NCBI GenBank assembly: GCA_001784175.1 | Contig: MFPR01000001.1 | Location: 62,001 to 126,000, forward strand | Length of the DNA stretch: 64,000 nt | Reading direction: 5' to 3' | DNA from: Candidatus Lindowbacteria bacterium RIFCSPLOWO2_12_FULL_62_27 | GTDB taxonomy: Bacteria; Lindowbacteria; 2-12-FULL-62-27 | Shown here: one piece after another, positions 47,411 through 57,548 of the stretch | How the letters are laid out: each line of letters opens with the position of its first letter | How positions within the stretch are numbered: the first letter of the stretch is position 1 | The notes under the pieces: model-generated | What the model was told of the DNA's origin: nothing | Seen by the model: the letters and a program-made list of their open reading frames with translations, nothing else | Databases searched by the model: none | Translations under genes and position numbers: made by a program

Positions 47411-47434
47411 ATTTCCCTTGCTTTTGGCCGACAA
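47408..47434 (+). promoter_or_regulatory. Putative sigma28 promoter of the flgB operon
   Basis: TAAA-N15-GCCGACAA. Confidence 0.55.
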
Positions 47435-47490
47435 GTGTAATAGAAGGCCTTTTAGTGGTGAGGGGTGGCCTTCTGGAGAGGGGGAGGCCG

Positions 47491-47910
47491 GTGGAATTAT
47501 TCGGCAGCAGTTACAGCTTTCAGACACGGAATATTCTGGCTACCTCTATGTCTGCCCATTCGATCCGCCATTCCGCGATTTCCCAAAACATCGCCAACGC
47601 TGACACGCCGTATTACAAGCGCAAGGAAGTACTATTTGAGGGCTACCTCCGGCGCGTCCTGTACGACGGGCCGAAGGTCCGCTCGTCCCGGCCGGACGGG
47701 CGGCACATTCCATTTTCGACCGAGATCCTCAAGATCCGGCCGACCATCCACGCTGAAACCGACTCGCGGTACCGGAACGACTACAACAACGTCGACATCG
47801 ACCGCGAGATGTCCATCCTAGCCAAGAATCAGCTATCGTACAATGCCATCGTCAGTTTCGCGCAGAGCCTCAACCAGACCGTCCAGTCGGTCTTGCAGGC
47901 CGCCCGGTAA
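47491..47910 (+). CDS. flgB: Flagellar basal-body rod protein FlgB
   Basis: NIANADTP, RNDYNNVDIDREM; GTG start after GGAGG. Confidence 0.93.
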   Translation: MELFGSSYSFQTRNILATSMSAHSIRHSAISQNIANADTPYYKRKEVLFEGYLRRVLYDGPKVRSSRPDGRHIPFSTEILKIRPTIHAETDSRYRNDYNNVDIDREMSILAKNQLSYNAIVSFAQSLNQTVQSVLQAAR

Positions 47911-48347
47911 TGTCTCTCTTCTCCTCCATCAACGCCTCCTCGACGGGGCTCACCGCACAGCGCACGCGCATGGACGTCATCGCCAACAACATTGCCAACG
48001 TCGACACGCCGAACTACAAACGCCAGCTTGTCATTTTCCGGCCCAAGGGCGAAGAGGGATTCATTTTCAACATTCCGCTGCCCAAGGCCAGCATCGGGAT
48101 CGGCAACACGATCGGCGAGGGCGTCATCATCGACCGCATCAAGGACGACCTGAAAACGCCGAAACGCCTGGCCTACATGCCCGGCCATCCCGACGCCGAC
48201 GAAAAAGGATACGTGCATCTGCCCAACGTCAACGTCGTGACCGAGATGGTCGACCTCATCGACGCCTCGCGCGCCTACGAGGCGAACGTCTCCGCCATTC
48301 GCGCCGCCAAGGGCATGCACTCAAAAGCGCTGGACCTTCTGCGGTGA
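47910..48347 (+). CDS. flgC: Flagellar basal-body rod protein FlgC
   Basis: ANNIANVDTP, PGHPDAD..GYV.LPNVN, ASRAYEAN. Confidence 0.96.
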   Translation: MSLFSSINASSTGLTAQRTRMDVIANNIANVDTPNYKRQLVIFRPKGEEGFIFNIPLPKASIGIGNTIGEGVIIDRIKDDLKTPKRLAYMPGHPDADEKGYVHLPNVNVVTEMVDLIDASRAYEANVSAIRAAKGMHSKALDLLR

Positions 48348-48661
48348 GCAGCATCTTTGCTCTTTTGCCGAAGCCCAGGCTCCTGACGGACGAATTTTTC
48401 GCCCAGTCAGCGCCCAAGGCGGAGGGCGGAGCCGGCGCGCTCGCGGATTCAATGCTCTCGACCTTCAAGGAGGTCATGGGCGAAGTCAACCGGCAGCAGT
48501 TTCACGCGGAGGACATGACGCGCGCCTTCGCCGCCGGCGACGTCCAGGACGTCCACGACGTGGCCCTGGCGATCAACAAGGCCAAATTCGCGCTCGATTT
48601 CACCGTCCGGGTGCGCGACAGAATGCTGGAGGCATACAGGGAACTTTCGATGATGAGATAG
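48344..48661 (+). CDS. fliE: Flagellar hook-basal body protein FliE
   Basis: DVHDV..A..KA...VRDRMLEAYRELSMM; GTG overlaps the flgC stop. Confidence 0.9.
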   Translation: MSSIFALLPKPRLLTDEFFAQSAPKAEGGAGALADSMLSTFKEVMGEVNRQQFHAEDMTRAFAAGDVQDVHDVALAINKAKFALDFTVRVRDRMLEAYRELSMMR

Positions 48662-48724
48662 CGGCCCACCGGGGGGTGAGGCCGATCTCTTGCGTGCAGG
48701 CAAGTGGAGTGGGGGGAAAGTAGA

Positions 48725-50317
48725 ATGCCGGAATTTCTGCGCCGGATCGGCAGGCAGGTCGGCGATGTGTGGAAGGGCCTGGATCCGACCAAGAAGATCA
48801 TGTTCGCCGCCGCGCTGCTCATGGTGGTCGCGGGGGTCAGTGTCTCCCTCTTCTGGGCGTCCCGCCCTCACTATGTCCCCCTCTACGCGAAAATATCAGA
48901 AAAAGACGCCGCGACCGTCATCGCAAGGCTCAAGGAATGGCGCATCGAGCACCAGTTCGACGCCGGCCAGATCCTGGTGCCGAGCAAGGTCCGGGACGAG
49001 GTCAAGATCCGGCTCGCCGGCGAGGACATCACGCCCCAGGACGTGCTCGGGTTCAAAGCCTTCGCCGAGGCCAAATTCGGCGGCACTGACTTTGACCGCA
49101 AAGTCCAGTTTCGCACAGCCATGGAGGAGGAGATCAAGCGGATGCTCCGGACCATCAAGGGCGTCGAGGACGTGGACGTCAACATCGCATGGCCGGAGAA
49201 GACCATTTACATCGAGGAGCAGCTTCCCGTCACCGCCTCCATCACCCTCACCCTCGCGCCGGGCACCAACCTCGAGGAAAAGCAGGTCCGGGCCATCGTC
49301 AATCTCGTGTCGCATTCCGTCGAGGGTCTCAAGTCCGACAACGTCTTCATCACCGACAACTACGGCCAGCCCCTGACCCTGCCCGACGGCGAGGACCGGG
49401 ACGAGGAGATGAAGATGGCGCACCAGATGTGGGTCCGCAACAAAATCATCCGCCAGTTCGAAAACAAGGTCCTCGTCAATCTCGGCAGCATCCTCGCCTT
49501 CGACCGCGTCCGCGTCATGGCCGACGTCGCGATGGATTTTGACTTGCTCGAAAGAACGATGGAGAATTACCGTAAGCCGGGATTCGAGCAGCTCAAAGTC
49601 TCGGACGAGGAAAAAGAAATTCACATGGAAGGCTTGGGCATCCGGCCCGGCGGACAACCCGGCGTCGCGTCCAACGTCGCCTCCTACCAGGAGGTCCTGC
49701 AGCATCCGATCAAGTATGACGAAAAGGAGCGGCGGACGAACTGGATCACCGACAAGGAAATCACCCGGATGGTGAAATCCCCGGCCATCAAGCGACTCAC
49801 CACCTCGGTCGTCGTCGACGGCATGTGGGAGATCGAGAAAGAGAAGACCGGCAAAGTCGGCAAGCGAAAGTACAGTCCGGTCTCGAAGGAGGAGCTGGAG
49901 ACCATCCAGAGCATCGTCCAGAGCGCCATCGGATTTGACGTCGCCCGCAACGACGCCGTGACCGTGCGCAACATCCAGTTCAACCGGGAGGCGCAGTTCA
50001 AGGCCGAGGACGAGGCGTGGGAGCGCGCCCGGAACAAGCGCAACGCGGTCATGATCATTGCGCTCCTGGTTCTGTTTTCGATCTTCTTCATCGCCGTGAT
50101 CTACTACATCCGCGAGTACCGCCGCCGCAAGGCGGAGGAGCTGGCGCGGCGGCGCGAGGAGGCGATGGCGAAGGCGGCCCCGGCCCTCATCGAGGCGGAG
50201 CTGGCGGCCGAGGAGCGGCAGCGCCGCGAGATGATCGAGCGGATCCGCCGCACGGCGCTCGAAAAGCCCGAGCTGGTTGCATCCGTCATGCGAACGTGGT
50301 TATTTGAGGGTGAGTAA
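48725..50317 (+). CDS. fliF: Flagellar MS-ring protein FliF
   Basis: Two TM, FGGTDF, TASITL, AIGFD..RND.VTV, C-terminal P..VA..MRTWL. Confidence 0.93.
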   Translation: MPEFLRRIGRQVGDVWKGLDPTKKIMFAAALLMVVAGVSVSLFWASRPHYVPLYAKISEKDAATVIARLKEWRIEHQFDAGQILVPSKVRDEVKIRLAGEDITPQDVLGFKAFAEAKFGGTDFDRKVQFRTAMEEEIKRMLRTIKGVEDVDVNIAWPEKTIYIEEQLPVTASITLTLAPGTNLEEKQVRAIVNLVSHSVEGLKSDNVFITDNYGQPLTLPDGEDRDEEMKMAHQMWVRNKIIRQFENKVLVNLGSILAFDRVRVMADVAMDFDLLERTMENYRKPGFEQLKVSDEEKEIHMEGLGIRPGGQPGVASNVASYQEVLQHPIKYDEKERRTNWITDKEITRMVKSPAIKRLTTSVVVDGMWEIEKEKTGKVGKRKYSPVSKEELETIQSIVQSAIGFDVARNDAVTVRNIQFNREAQFKAEDEAWERARNKRNAVMIIALLVLFSIFFIAVIYYIREYRRRKAEELARRREEAMAKAAPALIEAELAAEERQRREMIERIRRTALEKPELVASVMRTWLFEGE

Positions 50318-50338
50318 CCGGGGAATGGGGGAACCGTA

Positions 50339-51346
50339 ATGGCCGAAGAAAAAATGGCCGGCCGCACCAAGGCGGCTGTGCTGCTCATCACGCTGGGCGA
50401 CGAGCCAAGTTCAAAAATATTGAAGTATCTCAACGAAAAGGAAATCGAAGGCGTGACCTTCGAGATCGCGCGGCACCCGCGCATCGATCCGGGCGAGCGC
50501 GACAAGGTCGTCAGCGAGTTTTCCGAGATGCTGATGGCCCAGGAGGTCATCCAGCAGGGCGGCATCGACTACGCCCGGGCGATGCTCGAAAAATCCCTCG
50601 GCAGCCAGCGCGCCATGCAGATCATTGAAAAACTCACCGCCTCCATCCAGGTCAAGCCCTTTGACTTCATCAAAAAAGCCGAGCCCAGCCACATCATGAA
50701 CTTCATCCAGGGCGAGCACCCGCAGACCATCGCCCTCATCCTCTCCTACCTGGACCCCAAGATGGCCTCCGCGATCGTCTCGCAGCTTCCGCTCGAAACC
50801 CAGGCCGACGTCGCCAAACGCATCGCCACCATGGACCGCACCAGCCCCGACGTCCTCCGGGAGGTCGAGCGCGTCCTGGAGCGCAAGCTCTCCTCGCTCG
50901 TCAACGAGGAATACGCCTTCGCCGGCGGCATCCAGACCGTGGTCGACATCCTGAACAACGTCGACCGCGCGACGGAGAAGGGCATCATGGAGACCCTCGA
51001 AGAGGAGGACCCGGAACTGGCGGAGGAGATCAAGAAGCGCCTCTTCGTGTTCGAGGACGTCGTCATGCTCGACGACCGCGCCATCCAGCAGGTCCTCCGC
51101 GAGGTCGACACCAAGGAGCTGGCGCTGGCGCTCAAGTCCGTCGATGAAAACGTCAAGACAAAAATATTCGCCAACATGTCCAAACGCGCCGCTTCCATGC
51201 TCGCCGAGGACATGGAATACATGGGCCCGGTGCGCTTGAGGGACGTTGAGGAGGCCCAGCAGCGGGTGGTCGGGATCATCCGCCGGCTGGAGGAGGAGGG
51301 CGAGATCGTGGTCGCGCGCGGAGGCGAAGAGGAACTCGTTGTCTAA
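50339..51346 (+). CDS. fliG: Flagellar motor switch protein FliG
   Basis: KAAVLL, GGIDYA, EHPQTIA, LFVFED, NMSKRA. Confidence 0.97.
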   Translation: MAEEKMAGRTKAAVLLITLGDEPSSKILKYLNEKEIEGVTFEIARHPRIDPGERDKVVSEFSEMLMAQEVIQQGGIDYARAMLEKSLGSQRAMQIIEKLTASIQVKPFDFIKKAEPSHIMNFIQGEHPQTIALILSYLDPKMASAIVSQLPLETQADVAKRIATMDRTSPDVLREVERVLERKLSSLVNEEYAFAGGIQTVVDILNNVDRATEKGIMETLEEEDPELAEEIKKRLFVFEDVVMLDDRAIQQVLREVDTKELALALKSVDENVKTKIFANMSKRAASMLAEDMEYMGPVRLRDVEEAQQRVVGIIRRLEEEGEIVVARGGEEELVV

Positions 51347-52139
51347 AAACATCTATCGGGCGGGGGAGCTCCGCTACGGCGGCAGTGACGTGCTTCTCGG
51401 CGAGCGCCCCGGCATCACCAGCCTCCGCTCGCGGTATCTGCGCGACATCGAGGACGAGATCAGCCGGGTCAAGACGGAACTCGCCGAGCTTCGGGCCACC
51501 TACGAGCGGGAGGCCAAGGAGATGGCCGACGCCTACGGGCAGAAGAAGACGGCGCTCGAGGCGGACCTGGCGCAGGTCCGCGCCGGGTCCGAGGAGGAGG
51601 CGCGACGCATCCGCGACTCGGCGCAGGCGCAGCTCGACGGCGAAAAAAAACGCGGCTATGACGAGGGCCTGGCCTCTGGGCGCCAGGAAGGGTTGGAAAC
51701 CGCCGCGAAGTCCATCGCCGACGAGCTGGCACGGATGCGCCAGAAAATTCATGAGGCCCGCGAGGCCTTTCTCGACCACATCGCCGCCTCCGAGTCCAAG
51801 CTCATCGAGACGGCCCTCGCCGTCGCCGAACGCGTCGTCCGGCAGAAAATCCGGATCGACCCCGCCGTTGTCCGCGAGGCGGTCCGGGAGGCGCTCGCGC
51901 AGGTCCGGGATGCCCACCCGCTCCGCATCCGCGTCCATCCCGATGACGTCGCGCATCTCGAGGAATTTCGAAAACTTTCCCCGGACGCCTTCCGCGACAT
52001 GCCCGCGACCTTTCTGGCCGACGAAACGCTTCAGCCCGGCGACGCGGTCGTCGAAACGGGTCTGGAATTCATCGATGCGACTGTCGCCAAAAAACTGGAG
52101 ACCCTCCGCGACCGGCTGATCCCTCGATCCGTTCTTTGA
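51339..52139 (+). CDS. fliH: Flagellar assembly protein FliH
   Basis: GxxxG repeats (GYDEGLASGRQEG), IRVHPDD; TTG start. Confidence 0.87.
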   Translation: MSKNIYRAGELRYGGSDVLLGERPGITSLRSRYLRDIEDEISRVKTELAELRATYEREAKEMADAYGQKKTALEADLAQVRAGSEEEARRIRDSAQAQLDGEKKRGYDEGLASGRQEGLETAAKSIADELARMRQKIHEAREAFLDHIAASESKLIETALAVAERVVRQKIRIDPAVVREAVREALAQVRDAHPLRIRVHPDDVAHLEEFRKLSPDAFRDMPATFLADETLQPGDAVVETGLEFIDATVAKKLETLRDRLIPRSVL

Positions 52140-52142
52140 TCC

Positions 52143-53453
52143 ATGCCTGACCTCCTCGACCGGGCGCTGGAGCAGTCCCGGGAGCCAATGACGCGGCCCT
52201 TCGGCCGGGTCAGCCGCGTCGTGGGCCTCTTGATCGAATCGACTGGGCCGCCGGCCAAAGTCGGCGAGTTGTGCGAAATCGTCCTCGAGGACAGGACCCG
52301 CCGGCCGGCCGAGGTCGTCGGCTTTCGCGACGGGAAACTGATGCTCATGCCCATCGGCGAAATCCACGGGATCTCGGCCGGATGCACCGTCTACGCCTCG
52401 GGATCGAGCCTGTCGGTCCCCGTCGGCCCCGAGCTTCTCGGCAGGATCGTCGACGGATTCGGCCGCCCGCTCGACGGCGCAGGCCCGATTCCGCCAACGG
52501 CCGACCGATGCGCCGTCCATCGCCTCCCGCCCAACGCCCTCGACCGCCCGGTCATCCGCCGCACCCTCGAAACCGGCATCCGCGCCATCGACGGCCTTCT
52601 GACGATCGGCCGCGGCCAGCGGATCGGAATCTTTTCCGGCAGCGGCGTCGGCAAGAGCACCCTGCTCGGCATGCTCGCGCGATACGCCCGGGCCGACGTG
52701 AACGTCATCGCGCTGATCGGCGAACGCGGCCGCGAGGTGCGCGAGTTTCTGGAGAGAGACCTCGGGCAGGAGGGGCGGAAACGGTCGGTGGTGGTGATCG
52801 CCACCAGCGATCAGGCGCCGCTCATCCGCATGCGGTCGGCCTTCACAGCCACCGCCTTCGCCGAGTATTTCCGCGACCAGGGCAAGGACGTCCTCCTCCT
52901 CATGGACTCGGTCACGCGGTTCGCGCGGGCCCAGCGCGAGGTGGGCCTCGCGGTCGGCGAGCCGGCGGCCACGCGCGGATTTCCGCCGAGCGTCTTTGAA
53001 ATGCTCCCCAAATTCCTCGAGCGCACCGGCACCTCCGTGACCGGCAGCATCACCGGCCTCTACACCATCCTCGTCGAGGCCGACGACATGAACGAGCCCA
53101 TCGCCGACACCGTCCGCGCCATCCTCGACGGCCACATCGTCCTCTCCCGCGACATCGCCGCGCGCAACCACTATCCCGCCATCGACGTCTTGAACAGCAT
53201 CAGCCGCGTCATGACGCACCTCGTGGCCCAGGAACAGAAGGACCTCGCGGGCCGGATGCGCCAGACGCTTGCCGTCTATCGCGACGCGGAGGACATGGTC
53301 AACATCGGCGCCTACGTCGCCGGGCAGAACGCCGACATCGACGCGGCCCTCCGGCACATCGGACCCGCCCGGGCCTTCCTCCAGCAGGCGGTGGAGGAAA
53401 ACGAGCCTTACGGCGCGATGCTCGAAAAAATGCGCGCGGTCTTTCAAGGCTGA
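52143..53453 (+). CDS. fliI: Flagellar export ATPase FliI
   Basis: GSGVGKS, LIGERGREV, DSVTRFA, LDGHIVL. Confidence 0.96.
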   Translation: MPDLLDRALEQSREPMTRPFGRVSRVVGLLIESTGPPAKVGELCEIVLEDRTRRPAEVVGFRDGKLMLMPIGEIHGISAGCTVYASGSSLSVPVGPELLGRIVDGFGRPLDGAGPIPPTADRCAVHRLPPNALDRPVIRRTLETGIRAIDGLLTIGRGQRIGIFSGSGVGKSTLLGMLARYARADVNVIALIGERGREVREFLERDLGQEGRKRSVVVIATSDQAPLIRMRSAFTATAFAEYFRDQGKDVLLLMDSVTRFARAQREVGLAVGEPAATRGFPPSVFEMLPKFLERTGTSVTGSITGLYTILVEADDMNEPIADTVRAILDGHIVLSRDIAARNHYPAIDVLNSISRVMTHLVAQEQKDLAGRMRQTLAVYRDAEDMVNIGAYVAGQNADIDAALRHIGPARAFLQQAVEENEPYGAMLEKMRAVFQG

Positions 53454-53917
53454 TGGCCGGCTTCAAATTCAAGCTTCAGCGCATCCTTGACATCCGAGCC
53501 ACGCAGGAGCGAATGAAGCAGAACGAGCTGGCCGTCGAGCGCAAGAAAGAGTGGAACATCCTTCAAAAAATTTCCAATCTCGAAAAGGCCCAGTCCGATG
53601 AGTATCTCCGCGGCCGCTCGATCCTCTCCGAGCCCGTGGCCGACATCCGCATCTTCGTCGCGCATCAGCGGTATTTCGAGGCGCTCGAAATGGAACTCGT
53701 GCGCGCCGCGGTGGATCTCGACCGCCAGCGAGAGGCCGTCGAAGCCGCCCGGCAGGCGCTCATCGAGGCCGCGCGGAAACGCAAGCTGCTGGAAAAATTG
53801 AAGGATAAACGATATCACGCATTCAAGAAAGAGGAGGAGACGGCCGAACAGAAGACCATTGATGAAGTCGGCGGGGCCGTCCGCGAAGCGGCCCGGCGCG
53901 GGTCTCTGGACAGATGA
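53453..53917 (+). CDS. fliJ: Flagellar export chaperone FliJ
   Basis: FKFKLQRIL, LEKLKDK, EQKTIDE. Confidence 0.9.
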   Translation: MAGFKFKLQRILDIRATQERMKQNELAVERKKEWNILQKISNLEKAQSDEYLRGRSILSEPVADIRIFVAHQRYFEALEMELVRAAVDLDRQREAVEAARQALIEAARKRKLLEKLKDKRYHAFKKEEETAEQKTIDEVGGAVREAARRGSLDR

Positions 53918-54609
53918 TCGGTCCCGTCGGCTACACGGGCTTTTCAGGGCTCGAGCGAGTCCTGAAAAAGATGATGGAGATCTCGGAACGATTCGAGTCG
54001 ATTCAGCAGCACGTCTCGGAAATGCAGCCGGATCCGGCCATCGAGAAAAATCCCCGGCAGGACGCCGGCTCCTTCCGTTCCGCGCTCAACCGCGCACAGG
54101 AACGGCAACCCACGGATGGAAAAAAAACAGAGTCGTTGGCCGAAACTGATTCGGCCCCGGACGCGCGCCGCCGCGCGGTGCCTTCCGCGACTACGACGGA
54201 GAAAGAGTTGATGGACGTCTTGCGACAGGAATTGCCCAAATACAATGTGCCCCCGGACCTGGCCCTGTCGGTCATGCAGGTCGAATCCAATTTCAACCCG
54301 GGCGCGCGGTCGCCCAAAGGGGCGCTCGGGCTCATGCAGCTTATGCCCCACACCGCCGCGTCTCTGGGGGTGGAGGACGAAAACGACCTCTTCGAGCCGC
54401 AGGTCAATCTCCAGGCCGGGCTCACCCATCTGTCGAACCTGCTCTCGAAATACAACGGCAATGAACAGCTCGCGCTCGCCGCCTACAACGCGGGCGCCGG
54501 CGCGGTGACCCGGTACGGCGGCGTTCCGCCGTTCGCGGAAACGCAGGAATACATCCGCAAGGTGTTTGACATCCGGCGGCGGCTGAATGAAGGGGCGCCG
54601 CAATCTTGA
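53914..54609 (+). CDS. Lytic transglycosylase (SLT domain)
   Basis: ESNFNP.A.S.KGALGLMQLMP, LAAYNAG, ETQEY. Confidence 0.92.
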   Translation: MIGPVGYTGFSGLERVLKKMMEISERFESIQQHVSEMQPDPAIEKNPRQDAGSFRSALNRAQERQPTDGKKTESLAETDSAPDARRRAVPSATTTEKELMDVLRQELPKYNVPPDLALSVMQVESNFNPGARSPKGALGLMQLMPHTAASLGVEDENDLFEPQVNLQAGLTHLSNLLSKYNGNEQLALAAYNAGAGAVTRYGGVPPFAETQEYIRKVFDIRRRLNEGAPQS

Positions 54610-55190
54610 GGAAGATGGCCTTTCTCGGATATCTCGGCGTCTTTCTGTCCAGCGTCTTTCTCCTGCTTTGGTCCGTGCAGTATGCGGGAATCTATGACGT
54701 CAAAGGCGCGGTGCAGCCGCTCCTGGCCCGGCTGCCCTTTGTCGGCTACACGGTGGCGGAGGAGCGGCTGACGCCGGCGGAACTGCAGAAACGGGAACTC
54801 GAGCGGATTCAGGAGGCGATCGCGGAGAAGGAACAGGTCCTGGCGAACAAGGAGCTGGAGCTGTCGGAACGCGAGAAATCGCTGATGCACGAAAGCGAGA
54901 TGCTCGAGCAGCGGCGGCGGCAGATCCGCGAGATTGAAAACAAGCTCGCCGAGCAGGCCCGGCTCGAGGAGAGCCGCGACCGGCGGCTCAACCGGCTCGT
55001 CGAAATTTACACGGCCATGCCGCCCGACGCCGCCGCCAAACAACTGGAGGGCCAGGAGGACGGACTCGTCGTGGACCTCCTCCAGCGCATGAGGGCCGAC
55101 ATCGTCGCCATCATCCTGGCGCAGATGCCGAGGGAGCGCGCCACGGCGCTCACGCTCAAAATGGGAAGGCCGGAAACGGTGACGCAATAA
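54606..55190 (+). CDS. MotE/FlbB/YlxF-like flagellar protein
   Basis: N-terminal TM, coiled coil, YTAMPPDAAA...ILAQMP..RA. Confidence 0.75.
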   Translation: MRKMAFLGYLGVFLSSVFLLLWSVQYAGIYDVKGAVQPLLARLPFVGYTVAEERLTPAELQKRELERIQEAIAEKEQVLANKELELSEREKSLMHESEMLEQRRRQIREIENKLAEQARLEESRDRRLNRLVEIYTAMPPDAAAKQLEGQEDGLVVDLLQRMRADIVAIILAQMPRERATALTLKMGRPETVTQ

Positions 55191-55280
55191 ATATTTGATA
55201 TGCCGTAAGGAGGTGAGAGGGAACCCGAAAACCGCGGCCCCGCGTGGCGGGGACGCACACAACTGAGAGGACAGGACACG

Positions 55281-56918
55281 ATGCAGGACTTGCAGAACGT
55301 CCACCTCGAATCGAGAGAATCGGCCGAACGGAATTCGGAACTCAAGCGCGCCGCGCTGGAGAACGACCTGCGTCGAAGAAAAAATCACGCGGGCAGCGGC
55401 GACGGCGTGCGGTTCTCCTCGATCTTCGCCATGGTCGACAACAGCCTGGAACTCGGCTCGGATTCGCTGAAACGAATCCCGAAACGCGCCGACCCCAGGG
55501 ACTCGGACGCCGGAAAAAACGCGGACTTCGCGGGACCGGCGGCGGTGGATCCCAAGTCCCAGGCGGCTGAATCGGCGAAGGAAACGGCGAAATCGAGGGT
55601 CGAACCTGAGCAAAAACCGAAGCCTCCGAAGGAGACGGCCCGGAAGGCGGATGCGCACGAAAATCTCATCGTGCACGCAGCCGCCCTCCAGGTCAAGGCT
55701 GATCCCCAGGCCAGGCCAACGGTCCGGCCGGCGGAACGGGCGGAAATCAAGATCGAGCGGCGCGAGGGAACGCTCGCGGAGAAATCCAGAGCGCCGCAAA
55801 GAGAGATCCGCCGATCCGACGACAAGGATCGACCGACCGAATCGGCGGCCGGCCGGCGCGAGACGCAGGCGCCGGAGCGCGGCCCCGCGGTTCAACAGGA
55901 ACGCGGGCCGGAGCGCAAGGCGCGGAAGAAAGAGAAAGACGACGCGCCTGTTGCGGCAAAGGAAGCGCCGAAAGCCCCCGAATCCCAGAAGGGACCCCGC
56001 CCGGAAGACGCCGAGGCAAGGACGCCGAAAGTTCGCGAAAGGGCCGAGGAAAGACCCAACGGCCCTGAGCGGACGGACGGCAGGGAACAGCGGCCGACGT
56101 TTCGTCGCTCGGATGAGAACGACATCTCGATTCTGAAGGACAGTCATGAGGCGTATGACGCCGGCAGGAAGAAACGGAGCATCGGAGATCTTGAGAAGCT
56201 GACAGGCCTCCAGGCCAGGAGCGCGGTGGAACTCGCGCCGCCGCTCGTCCCGATCCTTCCCGCGCCCGAGATCGCCTTGAAGGCGATGCAGGACACGGGC
56301 GGACGGGGAGGGGCCGTCGATGCGGTTCGAGCGCCGGCCCGGATGACAGCGGCGGCCGGCAACGCCGGCGCGCAGCAGCACGCGGGCGGCGGCCACGCCG
56401 AATCGCAGTCGGCCCGGGCGCAGGACAAACTGGCGCAGTCGGCCCGCAGGCTCGCGAGCTATCTGAGCGGGCGGCCGGAAACGGTGGTCAAACCCGAAGC
56501 GACGTTTTCGGACATGGTCGCGAAGGCCAAACTCTTCGTGGATCAGGGCCGGTCGGAAATGACCCTTCAGCTCAAGCCCGAACAGCTCGGCAGCCTGAAC
56601 ATCAAGATCGTGGTCGAAGACGGCAAGATGCAGGCGCAGTTCGTGACGGACCGGCCCGAAGTCAGGGATATGATCGAGCGGAACGAGGGCCTGCTGAAGG
56701 ACAAGATGGCGGAGGTCGGCATTGAAATCAGCTCGCTCTCCGTTGAAGTTCGCAGCGACGCCGGCCGGCCGCAGCCCCGGGACGGACAGTCCGGGGGACT
56801 AAGGCGGGTCGTGGAGTTTGGAAGCGGCGACGAACCGGAGCTTCCGATGGATTCAAGCGGCGCGCAGGTCGCCTATGCGCTCGCAGGTATGGGACTGCAC
56901 TTATCTTTGGTTGCATGA
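55281..56918 (+). CDS. fliK: Flagellar hook-length control protein FliK
   Basis: Low-complexity N-terminus; LQLKPEQLG domain; upstream of flgD. Confidence 0.88.
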   Translation: MQDLQNVHLESRESAERNSELKRAALENDLRRRKNHAGSGDGVRFSSIFAMVDNSLELGSDSLKRIPKRADPRDSDAGKNADFAGPAAVDPKSQAAESAKETAKSRVEPEQKPKPPKETARKADAHENLIVHAAALQVKADPQARPTVRPAERAEIKIERREGTLAEKSRAPQREIRRSDDKDRPTESAAGRRETQAPERGPAVQQERGPERKARKKEKDDAPVAAKEAPKAPESQKGPRPEDAEARTPKVRERAEERPNGPERTDGREQRPTFRRSDENDISILKDSHEAYDAGRKKRSIGDLEKLTGLQARSAVELAPPLVPILPAPEIALKAMQDTGGRGGAVDAVRAPARMTAAAGNAGAQQHAGGGHAESQSARAQDKLAQSARRLASYLSGRPETVVKPEATFSDMVAKAKLFVDQGRSEMTLQLKPEQLGSLNIKIVVEDGKMQAQFVTDRPEVRDMIERNEGLLKDKMAEVGIEISSLSVEVRSDAGRPQPRDGQSGGLRRVVEFGSGDEPELPMDSSGAQVAYALAGMGLHLSLVA

Positions 56919-56925
56919 TCGCTTG

Positions 56926-56992
56926 TCTCTGTTCGCTATTCTCTGTTCGCTCTGTTGGGCGAACGGCGAATGGCGAACGGCGAAAAGCGAAA
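56926..56992. repeat. Inverted array of degenerate 7-nt repeats
   Basis: (TCTCTGT/TCGCTAT)x4 facing (GGCGAAN)x5. Confidence 0.6.
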
Positions 56993-57006
56993 ACAGGAGG
57001 AAGGAC

Positions 57007-57462
57007 ATGCCGATAACGTCAGGCATTGCAGCGCAGACGGATATTTTCAGAAAGGAATCGCCGAAGGCCCTCGAGGGAACCGGGGGGAACGCCTTCGGGC
57101 AGGACGCCTTTTTGAAATTGCTGGTCACCCAGCTCCGGTTTCAGGACCCGAGCGAGCCGGTCAACAACGAGGAGTTCCTCGGCCAGATGGCCCAGTTCAC
57201 CGGACTGGAGCAGATGGTCAAGCTCAACACGACGATGGAGAAACTCCTCGGATCGTCTTCCAAGACCGACGCCGTGGCGATCCTCGGCGCCGAAGTCACG
57301 GTCCGGCCGACCGACCAGCTTCTCGATGAGGGCCAGGCGCCGCTCGAAGTGACCGGTACGGTGGGCCAGATCCGGTTCGAGGGCGATGTGGCGATGCTGC
57401 AAGTCAACGGAATAGAATATACGATGGACGAGGTGGTCAAGGTGAGGATGCCGGAACGCTGA
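57007..57462 (+). CDS. flgD: Flagellar hook cap protein FlgD
   Basis: FLKLLVTQLRFQDP, QMAQF..LEQ. Confidence 0.93.
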   Translation: MPITSGIAAQTDIFRKESPKALEGTGGNAFGQDAFLKLLVTQLRFQDPSEPVNNEEFLGQMAQFTGLEQMVKLNTTMEKLLGSSSKTDAVAILGAEVTVRPTDQLLDEGQAPLEVTGTVGQIRFEGDVAMLQVNGIEYTMDEVVKVRMPER

Positions 57463-57548
57463 TTGTTCGAGGGAACCATTCAGCCGCACAAATAGTCGCA
57501 GCCGTCCCGCAGCGCGGGATAAACGTAGAAGAAGAGGTGGTCCATTAA

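Noticed and set aside
48662-48684. GC hairpin between fliE and fliF
   Set aside because: It has no U-tract and lies mid-operon, so it is not callable as a terminator.
55207-55216. Perfect AAGGAGGTGA upstream of fliK
   Set aside because: No start codon at a suitable distance and no flanking rRNA-like sequence; no function can be supported.
57463-57548. Possible riboswitch in the flgE leader
   Set aside because: Only short hairpins; no match to c-di-GMP or other aptamer consensus that I can recognise.
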